NCBI RefSeq assembly: GCF_006345805.1
Contig: NW_021832482.1
Coordinates: 1-30,623 of the forward strand
Length of the DNA stretch: 30,623 nt
Reading direction: 5' to 3'
DNA from: Octopus sinensis
Taxonomy: Eukaryota
In this document: in pieces, positions 1 to 10,077 of the stretch
Position numbering within the stretch: the stretch's first letter is position 1
How the letters are laid out: every line of letters begins with the position of its first letter
Position numbers and translations under genes: made by a program
The notes under the pieces: generated by a model
Databases searched by the model: none
Seen by the model: only the letters and a program-made list of their open reading frames with translations
Told to the model about the DNA's origin: nothing

Positions 1-720
1 TCAGCCACCTTTTATATATGGATGACCTAAAACTATACGCTACAAATGACAAACAGCTGGAAACACCACTACAGACAGTTCATGGATTCACCAAAGAAAA
101 GATATGAAATGTGGATTAGAAAAATGCGCCAAAGTTACCCTGAAAAGAGGAAAACTAGTTAAGAGTAGCAACATCACACTAGATAAGCCAATGAAATAAG
201 AAAATTAGACCAAAGCAAACTTGAAACTATTTTAGGAATCCATGAACTAGATAAGACACAACACACACAAATGAAAGAGAAATAAAGAAAGAATACTATA
301 GACGAGTTAGATCAATACTAAAAACAGAGCTCAATGCTAAAAACGAGATAATAGGTATTAACACTTTAGCTGTCCCAGTTATAAGTTACAGCTACATATC
401 CTTACCTGGACACCAAAGGAACTAACCAAAATAGATAGGAAAACAAGACAAAAAATAATGACAGGATCTAGATGATGCATCACCCAAAATCTGACATAGA
501 AAGGACTATATATACAACGTATAGAAGGTGGTAGAGGTTATGCAGCTAGAAAAAACTACTATAAAAAACCACCATAGGACTGCAAAATATCTACTTCAGA
601 AGAGCAAGGAAAACTGATACAAATAGCGGCAAAACACGAGCAAACACAAAAGATGTTCTCAGTATTTAAGGAAGCTGACAAATACGAAAAAGAAATCATA
701 CCACCTAACATATGATGAAG
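1..720 (+). mobile_element. R4/Dong-clade (RLE) non-LTR retrotransposon fragment, RT C-terminal region, frameshifted; runs off the window start
   Basis: Bases 3-41 read SHLLYMDDLKLYA (RT catalytic YMDD at 15-26), followed by broken frames with GLEKCAKV, LGIHELD, ELNAKN.IIGINTLAVPVISYS and HPKSDIERLY. Bases ~190-720 are a close copy of ~1026-1560. Confidence 0.9.
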
Positions 721-828
721 AAGAAAAGAAAAGAAGAAGAAGAAGAAGAAGAAGAAGAAGAAGAACAACAACAACAACAACAGAAACAACAACAACAACA
801 ACACCACCAACACCAACAACAACAATAA
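717..828 (+). repeat. (GAA)n then (CAA)n microsatellite
   Basis: Direct inspection. It starts where the LINE's Glu-rich EEEGEEDEE coding tract lies in the second copy. Confidence 0.95.
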
Positions 829-915
829 CCCTTTCCAATAAGGGCAACAGGCCTGCAACTTTGGGGGAGGGGACTAGTCGATCACATCGAATCCAGTGCA
901 TAACTGGTATATATT
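829..915 (-). mobile_element. SINE family A, 3' fragment
   Basis: CCCTTTCCAATAAGGGCAACAGGCCTGCAACTTTGGGGGAGGGGACTAG...TAACTGGTA aligns with 3845-3925. Confidence 0.75.
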
Positions 916-954
916 TTATATATTATATAGGAAATAGCACTGCTATGAATGGCA

Positions 955-988
955 AGTAATAAAGCATGTAATAAAGTTAAAACTACTG
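955..988 (+). mobile_element. Very short 3' end of another Dong/R4-type element
   Basis: AAAGCATGTAATAAAGTTAAAACTACTG followed by (TAA)n matches the 3' terminus AAAGCACGCTATAAAAATAAAACTACTG+(AAT)n at 2487-2514. Confidence 0.6.
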
Positions 989-1023
989 CATAATAATAAT
1001 AATAATAATAACAATAATAATAA

Positions 1024-2511
1024 ACAAATGAAATAAGAGAATTAGACCAAAGCCAAACTTACAAATACTTAGGAATCCATGAACTAGATAAGACACAACA
1101 CACACAAATGAAAGAGAATATAAAAAAAAAGAATATTATAGACAAGTTAGATCAATACTAAAAACAGAGCTCAATGCTAAAAACAAGATAATAGGTATTA
1201 ACACTTTAGCTGTCCCAGTTATAAGTTACAGCTACAATATCCTTAACTGGACACTAAATGAACTGACCAAAATAGATAGGAAAACAAGAAAAATAATGAC
1301 AGGATCTAGGATGCATCACCCAAAATCTGACATAGAAAGACTATATATACAACGTATAGAAGGTGGTAGAGGCCTTATACAGCTGGAAAACTACTATAAA
1401 ATAACCACCATAAGACTGCAAAAATATCTACTTCTGAAGGAAGGAAAACTGATCCAGATAGCGGCAAAACACGAGCAAAATAAAAAACTGTTCTCAGTAT
1501 TTAAGGAAGCTGACAAATACAAAAAAGAAATCATACCACCTAACAAATATAAAGAAGAAGAAGGAGAAGAAGATGAAGAAACAACAAAAGCTATAAAACA
1601 AATGAAATCCAAACTAAAACTAGAACAGCAAAGAACCATGATAAAACGATGGCAAGAAAAACCCCTTCGTGGTAAATACTGGACTAAACTAAATGCAAAA
1701 GAAATAGACAAAGAAAAATCCCAGCAATGGCTGAGAAGCTCAGGACTCAAAGCAGAGACAGAGGGATATTTAATTGCAGCACAAGACCAAAGCCTCCCCA
1801 CCAGAAATTACCAAAAACATGTAATGAAAAGAAATATAACAAGTAACTGCAGAATATGTGGAGATGGACAAGAAACAATAAATCATATTATCTCTGGCTG
1901 CCCAATCCTGGCTAAGAAGGAATATATTCACAGACATGACCGAGTTGGAACCTACATACACTGGAAGCTATGCCAACATTATGGATAAATAACACAGAAA
2001 AAAGATGGTATAGGCACACACCAGAAAAGGTCACAGGAAACGACAAAGCAACCATACTCTGGGATATGCCGATACACACAGATAGAGAAATTAAGGCCAA
2101 CAGACCAGATATAGTTGTCAGAGATCATGAATAAAAAAAAATGCTTTCTAATTGATGTATCAATACGGCAGATGACAACGTGTCTCTAAAAGAAATGGAG
2201 AAACTTTCAAAATACAAAGACCTGGAAATAGAGGTAACCAGAATGTGGAATCTAAAAAAGAAAACAATTCCTATCATAGTAGGTGCATTAGGCATGATAA
2301 AAAAATATTCAGACAAATACATAACAAAACACCAGGACTTACAAACACATATAACATACAGAAAATTGCACTACTAGGCACTGCACACATCCTACGCAGA
2401 ACACTTCCATACAATAACCATCAGAGCATCACAACAAATCACAGCACATACCCAAGGCACACAGAGCTGCGCTCGGTAGTGAAGTGAAAGCACGCTATAA
2501 AAATAAAACTA

Positions 2512-2514
<3 letters not shown>
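1024..2514 (+). mobile_element. 5'-truncated R4/Dong-clade LINE (RT thumb, CCHC zinc knuckle, restriction-like endonuclease, 3' UTR) inserted in (TAA)n
   Basis: ORF 1296-1988 has GGRGL, AAQDQSL.TRNY and CRICGDGQETINHIISGC...RHDRV. Frameshifted continuations give ILWDMPIHTDREIKANRPDIVVRD..KKCFLIDVS, KEMEKLSKYKDL and IQKIALLGTAHILRRTL (PD-D..K-type RLE). It is flanked by (TAA)n at 990-1023 and (AAT)n at 2515-2583. Confidence 0.92.
1296..2410 (+). pseudogene. Disrupted RLE-type retrotransposon ORF C-terminus (zinc knuckle plus endonuclease)
   Basis: ORF-track pieces 1296-1988, 2180-2377 and 2245-2487 join via frameshifts and a stop into one R4-like C-terminus. Confidence 0.88.

Positions 2515-2583
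<69 letters not shown>
2515..2583 (+). repeat. (AAT)n microsatellite
   Basis: Direct inspection. Confidence 0.98.
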
Positions 2584-2782
2584 TGTTTTGTCTTGGTATA
2601 AAAGATGAGCTACAATGAATACTTAGAGTGCTCAATACCACAGATTTGCTTGTCAGCTGTTTGACCATAACCAGCTGAGCATGTCCCTTAGTGTCTGACA
2701 ATATGTGCATCTCTGATCATTAACAGAAGTAGTGGGGGAGCACCACAGCCATGTGTTGAGAGGAATTCTTTGGGTTCTGAAT
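2582..2782 (+). mobile_element. Element E (AAT-flanked retroposon), 5' portion
   Basis: Aligns closely with 18433-18629. Confidence 0.88.
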
Positions 2783-2809
2783 ATAGACCGAGAGCTAGTC
2801 CTGATTTGA

Positions 2810-3232
2810 TTAGACTCGAAGCTCCAAAATACTGGCAAGGCACAATATGTGTACAAATGGTCCTAATACCATAAAACGGGATTCTTAATTATGATTAGGT
2901 ATGGATTAATTAATTATGAGATAATCAACTTGCGTAAATAACTAATTTAATTAGACTTTAAGCTCCAGTAATGAATCACATTGAATATTACTCCTTAGAC
3001 ACAAGTGATACTTAAATGAAAACTTAAGAAAAAACACAATTATGGAAAAACAAAGTAAGAATTTTTAATTAGACACGTAATTAGGAATAAATTAGACTTT
3101 CTACTCCAGCGTTAATTTCTTCGCAGAATTGTTCACTAAACCCAACTGAATCTATTCATGTCACTTAAGAACCATTTTAGGTATGGATTTCTAATTTAAG
3201 AAGCATTTTCTACTAATCACTAAAGACTTATT
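2810..3232. repeat. Degenerate tandem array, three units of 141 bp
   Basis: TTAGACT-N5-CTCCA at 2810, 2951 and 3092; TATGGA at 2900, 3041 and 3182; CTTAAGAA at 3023 and 3164. Units 2 and 3 are about 50% identical ungapped by hand count. Confidence 0.75.
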
Positions 3233-3334
3233 AAGAGGAAACATACAGAAACACTGTTTTCAAGCTATGTGATGAAAGCAACATAGAAACGTGTCTTAGA
3301 CCCAAAACGTGTTTTGACAGACTTTGTCACGTTT

Positions 3335-3741
3335 TTGTAACGCTTTATCCAATTCTTTACTCATATTCATTCGCATTCAGATCATCAGAGTACGAACACG
3401 TCTGAGGTTCAGTTTCACATTGTGCCGTTCTAATTTGCAGGTGTTTAGTCGCTTGTTTGCTGGATTCCCTTGTGGTTGCCGCTTACAATGGATGTGCATG
3501 TCGAGTTTTGCGAAGATGAGTCTGTCGTCTGTCCAGTAATCTGCACCACACATGGCCTTTGTTACCCTAACATCCTTAAGCACAGTTGCTATGAGTGTTT
3601 CCAATTCTTTGTCTTTGACCTTTGACCAGGGTTAGTCGTGGTGGAGGACGTAGGCACTAATGATGATGTCATAGCTCTTTCCTGTCAGGGGAAGCTACAG
3701 AGATATCAGATATTCATTCTGTCCTTCAGAGAAGCTGATTA
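3335..3741 (-). mobile_element. RTE-clade LINE relic, APE endonuclease region with internal deletion
   Basis: Minus strand reads LPLTGKSYDIIISAY, then ETLIATV joined to KDVRVTKAMCGADYWTDDRLIFAKL...KRLNTCKL. This matches the RTE/BovB-type endonuclease end (..SAYAPT..; DVxVTxAMxGADCWTDHRL). Confidence 0.8.
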
Positions 3742-3829
3742 GCGGAATTTGAACTCACAACGTAACGGCAGACGAAATACGGCTACGCATTTCGCCCGGC
3801 GTGCTAACGTTTCTGCCAGCTCGCCGCCT
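3742..3829 (-). mobile_element. SINE family A, 5' (tRNA-like head) fragment
   Basis: Reverse complement is GGCGGCGAGCTGGCAGAAACGTTAGCACGCCGGGCGAAATG...GAGTTCAAATTCCGC, with a B-box-like GTTCAAAT. It matches 24641-24730. Confidence 0.88.
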
Positions 3830-3844
3830 TACTATAATAATAAG

Positions 3845-4055
3845 CCTTTCTACTATAGGCACAAGGCCTGAAATTTTGGGGAAGAGGACTAGCCAATTAC
3901 ATTGACCCCTATATGTAACTGGTACTTAATTTATCGACCGCGAAAAAATGAAAAGCAAAGTCGACCTCGGCTGAATTTGAACTCAGACCGTAAAGACGGA
4001 CAAAATATTGCTAAGTATTTCGCCCGGCCTGCTAACAATAATACCTGCTCGCCGC
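3845..4055 (-). mobile_element. SINE family A, near full-length
   Basis: Homologous to 3742-3829, 4155-4365 and 24641-24817. Confidence 0.88.
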
Positions 4056-4154
4056 TGTACTGTAATAATAATGATTATTATTATGATTAATTTTATTTGT
4101 CAGAGGTGCATCAGATGAATGGTACAATACAAGGACAGTTCGCAGTTCGTTTCT

Positions 4155-4365
4155 GGTACGAGATGGTAGAATCGTTAGGACGGTGGGCAAAATGCTTAGC
4201 CGCTTTTCGTCTGTCTCTTCGTTCTCAGTTCAAATGCCACCGAGGTCTCCTGTGCTTTTCATCTTTTCGAGGTCAACAAAACAAGTACCAACTGCGCTCT
4301 GGGGTTCGATGTAGTCCATTTACTCCTTCCCGGAATTGCTAACCTTCTGCTAAAATTTGAAACCA
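4155..4365 (+). mobile_element. SINE family A, diverged copy
   Basis: GAATCGTTAG...GGGCAAAATGCTTAGC...GTTCAAATGCCACCGAGGTC...AAGTACCA...AAAATTTGAAACCA. Confidence 0.82.
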
Positions 4366-4463
4366 GTTTGTATGTCTGCCGGCGTTTACATAAATGGAAG
4401 GGAAGAAAATGAGAGGGAGGAGGAATTAAGTAATAATAATAATAATGATAATAATAATAATAA

Positions 4464-4765
4464 TTCACCTACGGAAACATGGTGATTTTGTTCATCATCC
4501 TTAAACAACCCTTATTCAGGGACCTTTTGAGTGGGGTGAGCTACTCGACCTGAAGAAAATTCTAACTGGACTCCACCTGCAAGGTCATGTGCTGTTTATC
4601 TTCATATGAGATCACCATGTCGCGCACATATGGTTTTGGTGCATGTGCCTGGTGTACCCTTATCCGACGGGTAGTCATGACGGGTATCCTGGGTTTCATA
4701 AATTTCTACCCCTGTGTCACTTTATACATATATGTATATATATATATATAAATAAACTGTCACTC
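4464..4765 (+). mobile_element. Element E, 3' portion (ends CACTC+(AAT)n; a short (TA)n replaces part of the tail)
   Basis: Aligns with 18632-18912. Confidence 0.88.
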
Positions 4766-4798
<33 letters not shown>

Positions 4799-4925
4799 TA
4801 GAAGAAGAAGAAGAAGAAGAAGAAGAAGAAGAAGAAGAAGAAGAAGAAGAGAAGAAGAAGAAGAAGAAGAAGAAGAAGAAGAAGAAGAAGAAGAAGAAGA
4901 AGAAGAAGAAGAAAAGAAGAAGAAA
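4766..4925 (+). repeat. Compound (AAT)n-(GAA)n microsatellite
   Basis: Direct inspection. Confidence 0.97.
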
Positions 4926-5448
4926 TTACAGCAACAACAACAGGAACAATAGCAAATAATAATCATAAAATTAAAACAATGAATTAAAATATGTATAATT
5001 GCCATTGCGGAAAAAGTGGCCAATAATGGCGTTTATCCAATTCCGGAAGAATTAGCTAAATAAACAAGGAGTGTTGAATGTCTTTTTTTTATTACGACAA
5101 TGAATCGAAACCGCGTTGAATGGAATCTGCGCTAGTGGATGGGAGGTAGATTAACATTTGCTCTAAGGCGCTAACCACAAACAATGAATACCGTATTTCA
5201 AGGAAACTATGATTGTCGTTCTTTTTTTTTTATTAATTTTTGTTCTTTTCTTTTTATTTTTGATTTTCACTTTTTCTTCAATCGGCTAATTCTGAAAAAT
5301 GAAATTAAATAGAAAAAATTATAATAAACTAAAAAAACATAATTACATAAATATATATAATGAGGAAGACAAGAGTGAATAGAATTTATATAAAATAAAG
5401 AATGAAATACCAAAATTTGAAAAGACAACGAAACAAAAAGATCCAAAA

Positions 5449-5455
5449 TACACAC

Positions 5456-5516
<61 letters not shown>

Positions 5517-5790
5517 TAGACACACACCCAGCCCGTCCATTTTCCGCCTCCAATCCTCCGTTCCCTAAAACCCTTCTACATAACAATGTATAAATGTTTT
5601 AATTTACTTTGCGTATGTTTTTTTTGGGGTTATTTAATTAATTAATTTTTTCTTCTGTTATTAAAAGCTAACTATTGTTTCAAATCTTTTAATTCTTCCA
5701 CAATATGGCAATCAAAGAAGAATAAAATTTACCAAAAGAAAGAAATATGCTGCCACATTCCCATGTTATGCATACATACAAACATATACC

Positions 5791-5821
<31 letters not shown>

Positions 5822-5858
5822 ATATATATATGTATTATATATATTATTATATATATAT

Positions 5859-5903
<45 letters not shown>

Positions 5904-5936
5904 ATAATATATATATATATGTATATAAATATATAT

Positions 5937-5978
<42 letters not shown>

Positions 5979-6207
5979 GTATATATATATATACATGCAT
6001 ATATTTACATTTATATATACCCATGTCCACAAACGATATTATACACATGTATATACACTTATGAAATATATGCATTTATATATATATATATATATGTGTG
6101 GTGTATATATATATACATGCAATACCTACATATATGTATATATATATATATATATATACACACTGTATATATATATATATATATATATCGATATGTATAC
6201 ACACACA

Positions 6208-6270
<63 letters not shown>

Positions 6271-6533
6271 GTATATATATATATGTATGCCTATAATTGT
6301 ATGGAGTTCTTATTGTAATCCTTTGTACTTATTCTATTCATATTTCATTGTAATGTCGCGTCATAATTGCCCCTCTGGCAAAGAGGAAAAGAGATTATGG
6401 AGAATATTATTATCATTATTTTTTATATATGCATATAAAATTATAATGATTTAAACTTAAATCATCATTATCAGCAGCAGCAGCAGCACCACGATGATCA
6501 AACTAATAGTTATTATATTTCTCACTACTACTA

Positions 6534-6568
<35 letters not shown>

Positions 6569-7010
6569 TACTACTACTACTACTACTACTACCAGTACTA
6601 CTACTACGGAACGACATATAAACAATTACCTACATATATGATACATGCACACAATCTATATATATACACACCACACATATAATATATGTAATGTATATGT
6701 ATGATGTATATATATATATAGATAATATATATATATATATATATATATCTATATATATATATATATATATATACATATATATAGATGTATATATACATAC
6801 ACAAACATATTTTCTCGAATCTGACAGTTATTAATATATATACCTACTGATTTTAATACTGATACGCACACACATACACACGCTCACAAATCACTCTACA
6901 TGCACACACATACACATATATATACATACATAAACATATATACATATGTAGATATATATACGTATCCACACACACACACACACACACATATATATACAGA
7001 GGATTATATA
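5449..7010. repeat. Microsatellite-rich tract: (CA)n 5449-5512, (TA)n ~5780-6290 with (GATA)n ~5937-5978, (CTA)n ~6523-6607, further (TA)n/(CA)n
   Basis: Direct inspection. Confidence 0.95.
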
Positions 7011-7406
7011 TGTATATAATTCTTTGTATAACATCTGTGTCCTTGTGTGTGTATGTATAGTTGCTCATATATGTTTGCGTGCTTGTTTGTGTGTATGTTA
7101 GCTTTTATATATTTGTGTGTGTGAGACTGTACATATACGTTAGCTTCAAGTGAAGCTTGCGGCATCATAATATTTTGTGATGCAGTGATTACCCAGCGTG
7201 CATTGTTTGGGTTATAATCATAGGAAAGATGGCGACCATTCTTGTTCATGATGGCGGCGATTGTCTTTTTTGATGGCGTATAGAAATTACGTTTGGCTTG
7301 AATCCGCGCATTCTTGTCTCTGTTTTTATATATATATATATATATTTTATTTTATCCCCGAAGAGTCTGATAATCATATATAGTTTCGATTTGTCATAAG
7401 AATACG

Positions 7407-8330
7407 CTGATGATGGTGATGATGATGATGAGGAGGAGGACGATGATGATGATGATGATGATGACGATGATGATGATGATGATGACGACGATGATGATGA
7501 TGATGATGATGATGATGACGATGATGATGAATAAGATGATAATGATGATGAAGACGACGATGATGATGATAATGATGATGATGACGATGATTATGATGAT
7601 GATGATGATGATGACAATGATGACGATGATGACCACCATGATGATGATGATGATGATGATGATAATGAGGATGATGATGAGGACGATGACGGTGACGATG
7701 ATGATGATGATGATGACGACCACGATGATGACGACGACGATGATGATGAGGAGGAGGACGACCACGATGATGACGACGACGATGATGAGGAGGAGGACGA
7801 TGATGATGATGATGATGATGATGAGGATGATGACGACCACGATGATGACGACGACGACGATGATGATGAGGAGAACGATGACGATGATGATAATGATGAT
7901 GATGATGATGATGACGATGATGATGACGATGATGATGACGATGATAATGATGATGCCGATGATGACGATGATGATGATGACAACGACGATGGCGATGATG
8001 ATGAAATATGACGATGATGATGATGAAATATGACGATGATGATGATGATGATGATGATGATGACGACGATGACGACGACCACGATGATGATGATGATGAC
8101 GACCACGATGATGACGAGCATGACGTTGATGATTTTGATGATGATGATGAGGGTAATCATGACGTTGACGGTGATAGTGAAAGTGGTGAAGATGATGATG
8201 AATGATGAGCATGGGAACGTAGTAATGGTGGCGAAGACATTTTCTAACAAAGACGACGACGACGATAGCCATGATGATGATCTTGCTGATGATAGTGATG
8301 TTGATGATGGGGGTGATGATGATGAGAGCG
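7407..8330 (+). repeat. ~0.9-kb degenerate (GAT)n trinucleotide array with GAC/GAG/AAT variants
   Basis: Direct inspection. It explains the poly-M/D/I/S/H ORFs at 7394-8558. Confidence 0.97.
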
Positions 8331-8631
8331 CTAGCAGTGACAGTGGTTGTGATGGTGGCCGTCGCTGTCGTCGTTGTGGCAAAAGATGCGCTATACATTG
8401 TATGTGTTTTGTTTCTCTCTTCATGTTTCATAACAGAACAACTTAAACTGAGATTATTGAAAAGTATAAACGTGTGTGTGTGTGTGTGTGTGTTTGTTTG
8501 TATGTGTGTGTGTGTGTGTGTGCTTGCATGTGTGTGTGCATGCATTTGTGTACGATAGGTATATGCGTATTATTCATAGCAAGGAACCGTACATATTTTC
8601 TCTCTTGGTTTTACTTCTGGCAAAGAATACA

Positions 8632-8907
8632 TGCGTGATCTGATCAATAAATATCCGGACTGTTGCCATAATAACGAAGCTAATAATTAATTGCAGAGCA
8701 AAGCCGCTGAGCACATAGCGCGCTTGAAATCTGCCGTGCATGCGCACTAATTTTTAACATTCTAGCTCACTTTTGCTGTTTATAGAAATGCTTTGAAGGA
8801 AGGTGTATAGCGTGTGGTCGTCGCATTGACTATGACATAGGGAGTTGAGCAGAGAATATGCATCAAGCTTTGGTAAAAGCTTGGCGATACCTGCTCAGAG
8901 CCTACGA
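8632..8907 (+). mobile_element. Mariner-like DNA transposon, 5' end relic
   Basis: From ATG 8832 the frame reads MT*GVEQRICIKLW*KLGDTCSE, the mariner transposase N-terminal EQRxxIKFxxKLG motif. The upstream TGATCTGATCAATAAATATCCGGACTG looks like a mariner TIR; no partner TIR was seen. Confidence 0.75.
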
Positions 8908-9365
8908 ACTGGGGGTTTTCACACCCTTTTACCATAAGAGAGATGTTTTCTCCACAGTAACTGCGGCGTATTTACCTTTTATCAGCGTGTGACAATCATG
9001 GTTGTCGATGAGAAGTTAGCCATATTCAAATGGCATATATGCATCACGATGTGTTACTGTTTATAACTCGCTCTGAGATTTATCATTATATATATATACA
9101 TATATATATAATATAAATAATATATATATATATGCATATATATGTACATGCATTTATACGTATATATATATATTATATATATATATATGCATATGCGGGC
9201 AAAGGACGTCACGAAACGTATACAACTAAAATATATGATGTACGAGTACATGGAATATGAACTATTTTTTCGAACAACGAAAGACACAAATGGAAAACAA
9301 GACAAACAACATAAAGAACAACCCTTCATCAGTTGTTGGCTGTTTTTCTAGTCTTGTATTTCGAG

Positions 9366-9780
9366 TGTGGTAAGTAGCTTACTTACCAGCCACATGGTTC
9401 CAGGTTCAGTCCCACTGCGTGGCATCTTGGGCAAGTGTCTTCTCCTATAGCCTCGGGCCGACCAATGCCTTGTGAGTGGATTTGGTAGACGGAAACTGAA
9501 AGAAGCCTGTCGTATATATGTATATATATATATACACACATGTATGTGTGTGTATATGTTTGTATGTGCGTGTTTGTCGCCCCACCATCGCTTGACAACC
9601 GATGCTGGTGTGTTTACCTCCCCGTCACTTAGTGGTTCGGCAAAAACAGACCGAGAGAATAAGTACTGGGCTTACAAAGAATAAGTCCCGGTGTCGATTT
9701 GCTCGACTAAAGGCGGTGCTCCAGAATGGCCGCAGCCAAATGACTGAAACAAGTAAAAGAGAGAGAGAGTAAAAGAGAAT
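9366..9780 (+). mobile_element. SINE family B (tRNA-like head, internal (TA)/(TG) microsatellite, LINE-like tail)
   Basis: Homologous to 23019-23483, 23975-24378, 26269-26431 and 27670-27880. Tail is AAAGGCGGTGCTCCAG..ATGGCCGCAG..AATGACTGAAACAAGTAAAAGAG. Confidence 0.93.
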
Positions 9781-10077
9781 ATACGCTTTCGATAGGGATT
9801 TGCGGAGGGTCAAACCTGGTAACACAAAGAGGACAGTGAAAACAAACAAGAAGGACTGCTAAGCCTAAACGAGGTTTTGGTGGCGTACACGTAAATCAAG
9901 CTTGGACAGGAGACAGACAAGAACACATCTTCCTTGTTCCAGCAACAACGGAGAGAAAGAAACACAAGTTAGAAGAAGAAAGAAATTGGCCGATGATCAC
10001 GTGAGTAAGAGAGGAAGAGTGAAGCAGAGATAGAGAGAGAGAGACAGACTAATAAGATAGAATAGTGGGATACACAC

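Noticed and set aside
2810-3232. CRISPR array, integron attC array or 47-aa protein repeat as an explanation of the 141-bp array
   Set aside because: The context is eukaryotic with no cas or integrase gene, the repeats are too degenerate and too widely spaced, TTAGAC lacks the attC GTT, and all six frames contain stops.
5267-7068. Many YI/CV/HT/YLSI-repeat ORFs here and throughout the window
   Set aside because: Di- and tetranucleotide microsatellite artefacts with no domain content.
7394-8558. Long ORFs of 383, 277, 207 and 138 aa
   Set aside because: They are translations of the (GAT)n array (poly-I/S/M/D/H), open only because the repeat lacks stops in those frames.
9190-9365. Minus-strand CTGATGAAGGG with nearby CGAAA as a hammerhead
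   Set aside because: No consistent stems I-III could be built. It is probably part of an unclassified repeat interrupted by SINE B, but there is no second copy in the window to support that.
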